From Flavobacteriales bacterium (GTDB lineage Bacteria > Bacteroidota > Bacteroidia > Flavobacteriales > BACL11): DNA of 56,594 nt. Position 1 is the stretch's first letter; every line of letters starts with the position of its first letter. Below, piece by piece: positions 19,081-28,026 of the stretch. Made by a program: the position numbers and the translations under genes. Under the pieces are notes generated by a model. The model searched no databases. It was not told the origin of the DNA and saw nothing but the letters and a program-made list of their open reading frames with translations. The DNA lies in the NCBI GenBank assembly GCA_036012565.1, contig DASCPP010000071.1, positions 1 through 56,594 on the forward strand. Reading direction: 5' to 3'.

Positions 19081-21855
19081 ATGAGTAATCCAAAAAAATT
19101 ATTTTTATTAGATGCCTTTGCTCTTATTTATAGAGCCTATTTTGCATTTATAAAAAATCCAAGAATCAACTCAAAAGGATTAAATACATCTGCCATTTTT
19201 GGTTTTACAAATACACTTATTGAAGTGATAAACAAGCAGAATCCTACTCATCTGGCAGTGGTTTTCGATACAAAAAAGCCAACCCAAAGACACATAGATT
19301 TTCCAGCATACAAAGCTCACCGTGAAGCAATGCCAGAAGGAATAAGTGAAGCATTGCCTTATATTGATAAATTATTGGAAGCCATGAATATTCCAAAATT
19401 GTATAGAGATGGATTTGAAGCAGATGATGTAATTGGCACCTTAGCAAAAAAGGCAGAACAAGAAGGGTTTCAAGTGTATATGATGACCTCCGATAAGGAT
19501 TTTGCACAATTAGTTTCTGAAAATATTTTTATGTATCGGCCAGGAAATAAGTGGCAGCCAACAACAGTTTTGGGCATACCAGAAGTTTTGGAGAAATTTG
19601 AAATTCAAAAGGTAGATCAGGTAATTGATTTTTTGGGAATGATGGGCGATACTTCCGATAACATTCCAGGGATTCCTGGAGTTGGGAAAAAAACAGCTCA
19701 GAAATTTATAGCAGAATTCGGAAGTATGGAAGACTTATTTGAAAACACGCATAAACTAAAAGGGAAGATGAAAGAAAAGGTAGAGTCGGCCAAAGAAATT
19801 GGCTTACAGTCCAAACAATTAGTCACTATAATTACGGATGTACCTATTGATTTTTATGAGCAAGATTTAAGAGTGGAGAAAAAAGATGAAGATGCTATAA
19901 AATCCCTTTTTGATGAGTTGGAATTCCGTGCATTATTGCCAAGAGTTTTGGCTTCTAAATCGAATAATCAAGAAAAAGAAGTGACATCAAAAGAAGAAGA
20001 AAAAACTGAAATAAAAAAAAGTGGACAAATGAACCTTTTTACAACTGTTGAAAGCGAAATAAAAAAGTCAAAATCAATTCCAAACAATTATAAAACAATT
20101 ACAAATTTTGAAAAAGCAAAAGAACTTGTTACTTCTTTTAGGAAGAATGAAAAATTTGCCATTCAACTTTGTTGCAGCTCTACTGATTTTTTAGACGCAA
20201 AAGTTTTAGGAATATCCCTCTGCTGTGAAAAAGAAAATGCAAAGTTTATCTTTATTTCTGAAAACGAATTAATCTCACTACTTCAAACTTTATTGCAAAA
20301 GGAGCAAATAATGCTCATTGGAAATAATTTAAAGTCTCAAATTAAAGTACTTACTCAAAACAATATCAATGTAAAAGCTAAACTTTTTGATGTTGGAATT
20401 GCGCACTATTTGTTACATCCTGATATGAGGCATGATTTAAGCATCCTTACTGAAAATTATTTGCATTACAGTATTGGTAATTTAGAGGATTTAAGAAGAA
20501 GGGGTAAGTTAAGGGAAAAAATAGCAAATTTAGATAAAGAAGATTTGTCCAATTTTTCCAATCAGCAAGTAGATGCCATTTGGCAATTATATCATATATT
20601 CAGCAAACAATTGGAGGAAATAAAAATCAGTAAATTGTTTACTGAAATTGAAATGCCTCTTTTAAAAGTGTTGGTGAAAATGGAAATGCAAGGATTCCGA
20701 ATTGACGCCAAGATGTTGTCGGATTACGCAATCACCTTGTTAAATGAAATAGAAAAAATCAGCAAGGAAATAATAAAATTATCTGGAGAAGAATTTAATA
20801 TTGCCTCCCCAAAGCAATTAGGGGAAGTTTTGTTTGAAAAAATGAAGCTTGTAGAAAAAGCTAAAAAAACAAGATCAGGGCAGTATTCTACATCTGAAGA
20901 AACGCTCTTAAAATTAAAAGACAAGCATCCAATCATTGAGCAAATTCTGGAATATAGAGAAATCAAAAAACTGCTCTCCACTTACATTATAGTATTGCCA
21001 GAATTAATTAATCATAATACAAAAAGGATACACACTACTTTTAATCAATCGGTAGCAGCTACTGGAAGATTGAGTTCGATTAATCCTAACTTGCAAAACA
21101 TACCAATAAGAACTGTAAGAGGTAGAAAAACAAGAGAGGCCTTTGTGCCAAGAGATGATAATTTCACTCTATTATCTGCAGATTATTCACAAATTGAACT
21201 TAGAATTATGGCTTCAATGAGTAAAGATGAAGGAATGCTAAAAGCCTTTAATGATGGAGTGGATATTCATGCAGCAACTGCTGCAAAGGTATATAAAGTG
21301 TCTATTTTAGAGGTAGACAGAAGTATGCGATCGAATGCGAAATCGGTTAATTTTGGCATTATTTATGGCATTTCTGCATTTGGACTCTCACAAAATATTG
21401 GAGTAAGCAGAACAGAGGCCAAGCAAATAATTGATGGGTATTTTAAGGAATTTCCAAAAATAAAGGAGTATATGGACTTTTCCATTGAAAAGGCAAGAGA
21501 GAATGAATTTGTGGCAACCATACTAGGTAGAAGGAGATATTTAAAGGAGATTAATTCTAGAAATGGTATGCTCAGAGCAATGGCTGAACGAAATGCAATA
21601 AATGCACCAATTCAAGGATCAGCAGCTGATATTATCAAAAAAGCAATGATTGATGTCCAATCAGAAATAGAAAAACAAAACTTAAAATCGAAAATGCTAC
21701 TACAAGTGCATGACGAACTAGTTTTTGATATGCATAAAGATGAAGAAAATCTGCTTAAAGATTTGGTAAAACGAAATATGGAAAATGCGGTAGAATTAGA
21801 TGTTCCTATTATTGTCGATTTAGGAATTGGCAATAATTGGTTAGAAGCGCACTAA
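19081..21855 (+). CDS. polA: DNA polymerase I
   Basis: 5'-3' exonuclease (EADD, SDKD, GDTSDNIPG); TGRLSS, ADYSQIELR, NFGIIYG, QVHDEL. Confidence 0.97.
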   Translation: MSNPKKLFLLDAFALIYRAYFAFIKNPRINSKGLNTSAIFGFTNTLIEVINKQNPTHLAVVFDTKKPTQRHIDFPAYKAHREAMPEGISEALPYIDKLLEAMNIPKLYRDGFEADDVIGTLAKKAEQEGFQVYMMTSDKDFAQLVSENIFMYRPGNKWQPTTVLGIPEVLEKFEIQKVDQVIDFLGMMGDTSDNIPGIPGVGKKTAQKFIAEFGSMEDLFENTHKLKGKMKEKVESAKEIGLQSKQLVTIITDVPIDFYEQDLRVEKKDEDAIKSLFDELEFRALLPRVLASKSNNQEKEVTSKEEEKTEIKKSGQMNLFTTVESEIKKSKSIPNNYKTITNFEKAKELVTSFRKNEKFAIQLCCSSTDFLDAKVLGISLCCEKENAKFIFISENELISLLQTLLQKEQIMLIGNNLKSQIKVLTQNNINVKAKLFDVGIAHYLLHPDMRHDLSILTENYLHYSIGNLEDLRRRGKLREKIANLDKEDLSNFSNQQVDAIWQLYHIFSKQLEEIKISKLFTEIEMPLLKVLVKMEMQGFRIDAKMLSDYAITLLNEIEKISKEIIKLSGEEFNIASPKQLGEVLFEKMKLVEKAKKTRSGQYSTSEETLLKLKDKHPIIEQILEYREIKKLLSTYIIVLPELINHNTKRIHTTFNQSVAATGRLSSINPNLQNIPIRTVRGRKTREAFVPRDDNFTLLSADYSQIELRIMASMSKDEGMLKAFNDGVDIHAATAAKVYKVSILEVDRSMRSNAKSVNFGIIYGISAFGLSQNIGVSRTEAKQIIDGYFKEFPKIKEYMDFSIEKARENEFVATILGRRRYLKEINSRNGMLRAMAERNAINAPIQGSAADIIKKAMIDVQSEIEKQNLKSKMLLQVHDELVFDMHKDEENLLKDLVKRNMENAVELDVPIIVDLGIGNNWLEAH

Positions 21856-21864
21856 AAAAGAAAT

Positions 21865-22080
21865 CTATTTCTTATTCTGAATAAATAGAGAATACATTGC
21901 TACTAGTGCAATAACACCAATAAAAGAACCCCCTGCATCTTGGATATTTCCAACAGGATCCCATCCTAAAATTTTATCATCAATTAAAAGCTGTACAACA
22001 ATACCTAAACAAAGAAAATAAAGAGAAAGTGTAATTGCCTTTTTTAGTATGTCTAAAATTTGCTTAAAAAGCTTTTCCAT
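21865..22080 (-). CDS. Small (71 aa) membrane protein of unknown function; paralog of 22198-22422
   Basis: Hydrophobic helices; LGIVVQLL...G.D.VGN...GGSFIG similar to the neighbour. Confidence 0.75.
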   Translation of the reverse strand: MEKLFKQILDILKKAITLSLYFLCLGIVVQLLIDDKILGWDPVGNIQDAGGSFIGVIALVAMYSLFIQNKK

Positions 22081-22145
22081 AATTCGTGGCTTTAAATATT
22101 TTCCAAACTTAAACTATAATTATGAGTTAACAAAATTTGTTGTTA

Positions 22146-22183
22146 AAATAAAATAGCCCTACAATTGTAGGGCTATTTTATTT
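22146..22183. terminator. Perfect 38-bp palindrome; probable intrinsic (bidirectional-capable) terminator
   Basis: AAATAAAATAGCCCTACAA-TTGTAGGGCTATTTTATTT, 14 nt downstream of the 22198 stop; T-rich tails on both strands. Confidence 0.85.
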
Positions 22184-22197
22184 AGTTAACTAAAAAT

Positions 22198-22422
22198 CTA
22201 CCCACGTAATAGTCCAAATAGAACGCAAATTCCAACAAGTCCTGCAAAACCAGAACCTCCTAGACTATTAAGTATATTCATCACATTGTCAATAACAGTG
22301 ATTCCAAACATTGCGCCTCCTCCAAAAAGGATTTCAACTGCAACGCCAAGACCCAACACAGTCATAATAAGACCAGTCAACCCTTTAAAAAAACCATTAA
22401 AGTACTTAAATACATTGTCCAT
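22198..22422 (-). CDS. Small (74 aa) Gly-rich membrane protein of unknown function
   Basis: MDNVFKYFNGFF...LGVAVEILFG...GGSGFAGLV; ATG 22422 follows a TATGTTTG -7 element; followed by a terminator. Confidence 0.8.
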   Translation of the reverse strand: MDNVFKYFNGFFKGLTGLIMTVLGLGVAVEILFGGGAMFGITVIDNVMNILNSLGGSGFAGLVGICVLFGLLRG

Positions 22423-22722
22423 AATTAAAAATTTTTTGGTTAATACTACCCCAAACATAAAGGATATATCGTTTGTTGAGCTGTTTTTGTGAGATTTTTC
22501 TATTATTTGCTCTTTTTCGTCCTTTATTAATATTACTAAAAGAAATAGACATTTAAAAACTTAAAAATCAGATAGATAGAGATAATAAAGATAAAAATAA
22601 AGATAAAAATTACATCCCCTTTTTAACATTTTATTGTTAAAAATAGCGAGATGGTGTAAATAACTGATAATTAGAAAGATAAAGATAAATTCACTCTGAA
22701 ATTATCACTTTTTTAGATGCAC

Positions 22723-23424
22723 TTATTCAAAATCCCTCAAATTTAGAATAATTTCATTCAAATCCTCATTTTTTACTATTATTTGGAATATTTTGAGTGC
22801 AACAAAATCAACCGAAAAAAGCTCATTTTTGTTGTAGTAATCTATAAATTGTTGTTTTATAGGAAAGAAATTTGCATCAGATCTCCGAATTTCTTCTTGC
22901 ATATTGGTATTTACTACTCCTGGATGAATAGAAAATATTTTTAGATTCTCATGTTTTTCTTTGTGAATTACCTCTGTAAGCATATCCAGACCAGACTTTG
23001 TTGCACAATAGGTACTCCATGAAGCAATTGCTTTATTTGCAGCACCAGAACTAATATTGATAAGTAGTTTATTATTAGCATAGTTGTTAATGAATTTTCT
23101 ACTTAAAAGAGTTGGACTAATGATATTTAGATTATACTCCCTTAAGATCTCTTCATTTGTTTTTTTATGAATTGGCAAAATACTTCCAATAGTTGCAGCA
23201 TTATTTACAAGTAAAAAATCAGAAGCAACATCAATATTTGGGAATTTTAGTTTTTGTACTTCTTCCATATTACTCAAATCAATTTTAGTAAAAGTAAAGT
23301 TCTTATTTTCAATTTGATTTGTTCTAGAATATCCAAAAACAAGATAATTTTCAGAAAGGAGTAATTTAGCTAATGCCTTACCAATACCACTACTTGTGCC
23401 CGTTATTAGTGCTACTTTTTGCAA
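22723..23424 (-). CDS. Short-chain dehydrogenase/reductase (sepiapterin/benzil reductase-like)
   Basis: TGTSSGIG, NNAA, NISSGA, YCATK; TTG start. Confidence 0.88.
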   Translation of the reverse strand: MQKVALITGTSSGIGKALAKLLLSENYLVFGYSRTNQIENKNFTFTKIDLSNMEEVQKLKFPNIDVASDFLLVNNAATIGSILPIHKKTNEEILREYNLNIISPTLLSRKFINNYANNKLLINISSGAANKAIASWSTYCATKSGLDMLTEVIHKEKHENLKIFSIHPGVVNTNMQEEIRRSDANFFPIKQQFIDYYNKNELFSVDFVALKIFQIIVKNEDLNEIILNLRDFE

Positions 23425-24570
23425 TTATAATTTATTGAGAGCATTTTCTAGGTCAGCTACTAAATCTTCCACATCTTCTATCCCTACACTTAATCGGATT
23501 AAAGAATCCACTACTCCTGTTTTTTCTCTTTCCTGTTTAGGAATTGCAGCATGAGTCATACTTGCAGGATGTCCGCATAAAGATTCTACTCCTCCTAAAC
23601 TTTCAGCAAGTGTAAAATAATGAGTGTTTGACACAACTGTTACAGCATCTTCTAATTTATTTCCATTAATATTGAAGGAGACCATGCCACCAAAATCATC
23701 CATTTGTTTTTTAGCAATTTTATGGTTTGGGTGTGACTCAAACCCTGGCCAATATACGTCTCCAACTTTTGGATGTTCTTTAAGGAAGTTTGCAATTACT
23801 TTCCCATTTTCACAATGCCTTAGCATCCTTAAATGTAAAGTTTTTATTCCTCTTAAGACTAAGAAAGAATCCATTGGTCCCGGTACAGCACCACATGAAT
23901 TTTGAATAGTATACAATCTTTTTGCTAAATCATCATTTTTACATATTGCTGCTCCCATTACAACATCAGAATGTCCACCCATATATTTAGTTAGTGAATG
24001 CATTACAATATCAGCCCCTAAATCCAATGGTCTTTGTAAATAAGGAGTAGCGAATGTATTATCAACCACAAAAATTAAATTATGCTTTTTTGAAATCTTT
24101 CCCAAACTCTCAATATCAATAATATTAAGCATAGGATTAGTTGGGGTTTCAGCCCAAATCATTTTAGTATTTTCATTTACTAAGGGCTCAATTTTATCTA
24201 CATCATCCATTCCAATAAAATGAAATTTAATACCATAATTTTCAAAAATTTGTGTAAAGATTCGGTAAGTTCCTCCATATAAATCATTGGTTGAAATCAC
24301 TTCATTCCCAGGAGATAATAATTTTATAATAGCATCAATTGCCCCAAGCCCACTCCCAAAACAAAGTCCGTATTTTCCATTCTCCAATGCAGCCAAATTT
24401 TGTTCCAAAGCATTTCTTGTTGGGTTTCCAGTTCTGGAATATTCATATCCTTTATGATCGCCAGGAGAAGCTTGTGCATAAGTTGAGGTTTGATAGATTG
24501 GTGTCATGATTGCACCAGTAGTTGGGTCAGCCTCTTGGCCTGCATGTATAGTTTTTGTTCCGAATTTCAT
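23425..24570 (-). CDS. Cystathionine gamma-synthase/lyase (PLP-dependent, Cys/Met metabolism)
   Basis: YSRTGNPT, ETPTNP, DNTFATP, HSLTKYMGGHSD, AESLGGVESL; start moved to ATG 24570. Confidence 0.92.
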   Translation of the reverse strand: MKFGTKTIHAGQEADPTTGAIMTPIYQTSTYAQASPGDHKGYEYSRTGNPTRNALEQNLAALENGKYGLCFGSGLGAIDAIIKLLSPGNEVISTNDLYGGTYRIFTQIFENYGIKFHFIGMDDVDKIEPLVNENTKMIWAETPTNPMLNIIDIESLGKISKKHNLIFVVDNTFATPYLQRPLDLGADIVMHSLTKYMGGHSDVVMGAAICKNDDLAKRLYTIQNSCGAVPGPMDSFLVLRGIKTLHLRMLRHCENGKVIANFLKEHPKVGDVYWPGFESHPNHKIAKKQMDDFGGMVSFNINGNKLEDAVTVVSNTHYFTLAESLGGVESLCGHPASMTHAAIPKQEREKTGVVDSLIRLSVGIEDVEDLVADLENALNKL

Positions 24571-24651
24571 CTTTATTTTATCTTGATTTATACAAAGCAA
24601 ATCTATTAAAATTTGCAGAATTTAATTTTACTTTTGTTGAAAATTAATAAG

Positions 24652-25557
24652 TTGAATAAAATACTTTTAGCACACATTGCGTTACTAATAGCAAATTTAA
24701 TATACGCGATCAATTACACTTTCGCAAAGGATGTAATGCCTGATTTTATTGCACCTTCCGGATTTATTTTATTAAGAGTAATTGGCGCATTACTCTTGTT
24801 TGCACTGCCCTATTTTTTATTTGTAAAAGAAAAAGTGGAACGAAAAGATATTTTTCGCCTAGCCATTTGTGGAGTTTTTGGAGTAGCTATTAATCAACTC
24901 TTATTTTTTGAAGGACTGAATTTAACTAGCCCTATAAATGCTGCAATTGTAATGACGATCAGCCCAATTTTAGTAATTCTTCTCTCTTTCCTAATTATAA
25001 AAGAAGTATTCACTTTTAGAAAAGGAACTGGGATTTTTTTAGGGTTAATCGGAGCATCTATGCTGATTCTAAAAGGAGGGAGTATTGACTTTTCCTCCAA
25101 TTATCAAACGGGAAATTTGTTTGTATTTATTAATGCATCTAGTTATGCTTTATATTTGGTGATTGTAAAACCAATGATAGAAAAATACAATCCAATTACT
25201 ATAATGTTTTATGTTTTTGGCTTTGGCTTTTTATATGTGATCCCTTTTGGATTTAGCAATTTAGTAGATGTAAAATGGGCAATTATTCCATCTAATATTT
25301 ATTGGGAAATTGCTTTTGTGGTGGTTTGTACTACCTTTATCGCCTATTTACTGAATTCATCAGCTTTAAAACAATTAAGTCCAACTACTGTGAGTATTTA
25401 CATTTATTTACAACCCATTTTTGCTACACTTTTTGCTATCTTTTGGGGAGTAGACAACTTGGATAATCAAAAAATTATAGCAGCTATTCTTATCTTTTTT
25501 GGGGTTTATTTGGTAAGTGTTCGCTCCTTAAAGGATAGAAAAGAGAAACTTTCCTAA
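24652..25557 (+). CDS. DMT/EamA family transporter
   Basis: About 10 TM helices in two EamA repeats; start uncertain (TTG 24652 or 24613). Confidence 0.87.
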   Translation: MNKILLAHIALLIANLIYAINYTFAKDVMPDFIAPSGFILLRVIGALLLFALPYFLFVKEKVERKDIFRLAICGVFGVAINQLLFFEGLNLTSPINAAIVMTISPILVILLSFLIIKEVFTFRKGTGIFLGLIGASMLILKGGSIDFSSNYQTGNLFVFINASSYALYLVIVKPMIEKYNPITIMFYVFGFGFLYVIPFGFSNLVDVKWAIIPSNIYWEIAFVVVCTTFIAYLLNSSALKQLSPTTVSIYIYLQPIFATLFAIFWGVDNLDNQKIIAAILIFFGVYLVSVRSLKDRKEKLS

Positions 25558-25577
25558 ATTTGTAAAAATTTTATAAG

Positions 25578-26489
25578 ATGATACAATCTATGACAGGCTA
25601 TGGGAAAGCCGAAATCAACCTAGAGAATGCAAATTTTACTATTGAAGTAAAATCACTTAACTCTAAGCAAATAGATACAACTGTAAAGATGTCATCTATA
25701 TATAGAGATAAAGAAATTGGGCTTAGAAAGTTGCTTTCAGAAAGATTACAAAGAGGAAAAATTGAACTTTTAATTTGGAGGGAAAAATCATGGTCTTCTT
25801 CAGATTATACTATAAATACAGCAGTTGTTAAAGATTATCATAAGCAGATATTAAAATTACAAGAAGATCTAAATTTAAAATCAAGCATTTGGAATACAAG
25901 TTTCTATGAGTTAGGATTAAATAAATCTGATATTATTCCAACTTTATTAAAAATACCTAATGCATTGATAAAGGGAGAGGAAAAATCAAATAAAAATGAA
26001 TGGAATCACATTGCAAAAGGAGTAGAAATAGCAATTAAAGATTTATTGCAATTCCGATTAGATGAAGGAAAGAAATTAGAGAATGATATAACATCTAGAA
26101 TAAAAAGTTTAACCTCTCTTTTAAGTGAAATAGCTCCTTTTTCAAAGCATAGAATTGAGAAAATAAAAAAGTCATTAAATGAAAAACTAACAGAAATTGA
26201 AAGTAAAAATATTGATGAAAATAGGCTTGAACAAGAGCTAATCTATTATTTAGAAAAACAAGATATTACTGAAGAACAAGTAAGATTAGATGCGCATCTG
26301 ATTTATTTTAACGAAACCATGAAAACACAATCTCCAAATGGTAAAAAATTAGGATTTATTGCACAAGAAATGGGGAGGGAAATTAATACGATTGGTTCAA
26401 AGTCATCAGATGCAGATATGCAAAAGATAGTGGTTCAAATGAAAGATGAATTGGAAAAAATTAAGGAACAACTGTTTAACATATTATAG
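25578..26489 (+). CDS. yicC: YicC/YloC family endoribonuclease
   Basis: MIQSMTGYG, RGK, DITEE, QEMGREINTIGSK; upstream of gmk. Confidence 0.93.
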   Translation: MIQSMTGYGKAEINLENANFTIEVKSLNSKQIDTTVKMSSIYRDKEIGLRKLLSERLQRGKIELLIWREKSWSSSDYTINTAVVKDYHKQILKLQEDLNLKSSIWNTSFYELGLNKSDIIPTLLKIPNALIKGEEKSNKNEWNHIAKGVEIAIKDLLQFRLDEGKKLENDITSRIKSLTSLLSEIAPFSKHRIEKIKKSLNEKLTEIESKNIDENRLEQELIYYLEKQDITEEQVRLDAHLIYFNETMKTQSPNGKKLGFIAQEMGREINTIGSKSSDADMQKIVVQMKDELEKIKEQLFNIL

Positions 26490-27049
26490 TGGGAAAATTC
26501 ATTGTTATATCGGCGCCATCAGGAGCAGGGAAAACTTCCATAGTTCATTTTCTTTTAGAGAAAATGGAGAGCCTTTCTTTTTCTGTTTCAGCTTGTAGTA
26601 GAGCAAAAAGAGAAAACGAAATAGATGGCACAGATTATCATTTTTTAGGAGTTGAAGGATTTAAAAGAAAAATTTCAGAAGATGCATTTTTAGAATGGGA
26701 AGAAGTTTATGAGAATCAGTATTACGGAACCTTAAAATCGGAAGTAGAAGGAATTTGGGAAAAAGGAAAAACAGTAATTTTTGATGTTGATGTGGTAGGA
26801 GGGTTAAATATAAAAAAACAATATCCAAGTGATTGTTTATCCATTTTTATTATGCCTCCTTCTCTTGGAACCTTAAAAGAAAGATTGCAAAAAAGAGGAT
26901 CAGAATCGGCAAAAAGTTTAGAGAAAAGATTAACAAAAGCAAAAAAAGAAATTGTAAAAAGTAAAGAATTTGACAAAGTGATTTTAAATGATGATTTTGA
27001 TATATCTTGTAAAGAAGCCAAACAATTAATCCAAACATATATTGGATGA
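26489..27049 (+). CDS. gmk: Guanylate kinase
   Basis: SAPSGAGKTS, DGTDYHF, YYGT; GTG start. Confidence 0.96.
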   Translation: MGKFIVISAPSGAGKTSIVHFLLEKMESLSFSVSACSRAKRENEIDGTDYHFLGVEGFKRKISEDAFLEWEEVYENQYYGTLKSEVEGIWEKGKTVIFDVDVVGGLNIKKQYPSDCLSIFIMPPSLGTLKERLQKRGSESAKSLEKRLTKAKKEIVKSKEFDKVILNDDFDISCKEAKQLIQTYIG

Positions 27050-27615
27050 AAATAGGATTGTTTTTTGGTTCATTTAACCCCATGCATATTGGACATAAAG
27101 TCATAGCTTCTTATATGGTAGAATTTACTGATTTAGAAAAAGTTTGTTTTGTAGTTTCTCCTCAAAACCCGCTGAAACAAAAGCAAACTTTACTGGATCA
27201 GCATCACAGATTGATGATTATTAGAATGGAAGTAGAGGACAATCCGAAATTACAAGTTTCAGATATTGAGTTTAAAATGACACTACCTTCCTATACTATT
27301 GATACTTTGGTGAGACTAAAAGAGGAGCATTCTGAAAATGAATATGCACTAATTATGGGAGCAGATAATTTACAGAATTTTCATAAGTGGAAAAATTACA
27401 AACAGATTTTAGCTGACTATTCTGTTTATGTATATCCTAGGCAAGGGATTGAAATAAGTGGGAATCATGAAAATATTCATATAGTAAAGGGCGTTCCTCA
27501 AATGGAGATTTCCGCTTCTTTTATCCGCGACTCAATAAAGCAAAAGAAAGATGTATCGTATCTGATGCCTGAAAAAGCATGGCGATATATTGATGAAATG
27601 AATTTCTATAAATAG
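27046..27615 (+). CDS. nadD: Nicotinate-nucleotide adenylyltransferase
   Basis: GSFNPMHIGH, SYTIDT, IMGAD, ISASFIR. Confidence 0.95.
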   Translation: MKIGLFFGSFNPMHIGHKVIASYMVEFTDLEKVCFVVSPQNPLKQKQTLLDQHHRLMIIRMEVEDNPKLQVSDIEFKMTLPSYTIDTLVRLKEEHSENEYALIMGADNLQNFHKWKNYKQILADYSVYVYPRQGIEISGNHENIHIVKGVPQMEISASFIRDSIKQKKDVSYLMPEKAWRYIDEMNFYK

Positions 27616-27620
27616 AAAGG

Positions 27621-27965
27621 ATGTTAGATTTAGTAAATAAGAGTGTAATTATACTGACTATAGTTTTAGGGATTTCTGCTTGTGAATTTAGCACAAAAGA
27701 ACAAGACAAAACCCGAGAATCAAAACAATATACAGGCTGGTGGATATATGGAGAAGAACAGCATATTTTTAAAGATGAAACCACTTTGGGAGAATGGGGG
27801 CTTACTTTCCCTAATGAAAATATAGAAGAATTAGTTGAGCTTTATGTAGCTGTATGTGAAATGGAGTATTTTCCTATGGAGTGTATTATGCAAGGAAATT
27901 TGCAGAATGACACTTTACAAGTTGTAGATTTTGAAATTACCTATATACAAGGTTGTGGGGAGTAG
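27621..27965 (+). CDS. Hypothetical acidic lipoprotein
   Basis: Hydrophobic N-terminus with lipobox ISA|C; 114 aa; 5 nt after nadD. Confidence 0.7.
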   Translation: MLDLVNKSVIILTIVLGISACEFSTKEQDKTRESKQYTGWWIYGEEQHIFKDETTLGEWGLTFPNENIEELVELYVAVCEMEYFPMECIMQGNLQNDTLQVVDFEITYIQGCGE

Positions 27966-28026
27966 TCACTACTCTTATCTATTATAGTAACTTTGCAAAA
28001 AATAATTCCACAAAAGGGATCCCCTT

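Noticed and set aside
22560-22700. CRISPR array or replication-origin iterons
   Set aside because: The repeats are short and low-complexity, with no spacers, cas genes or rep genes
25860-25935. Possible short insertion in YicC (SSIWNTSFYELGLN)
   Set aside because: This region varies among YicC proteins and I saw no clear flanking repeat; not supportable without an alignment
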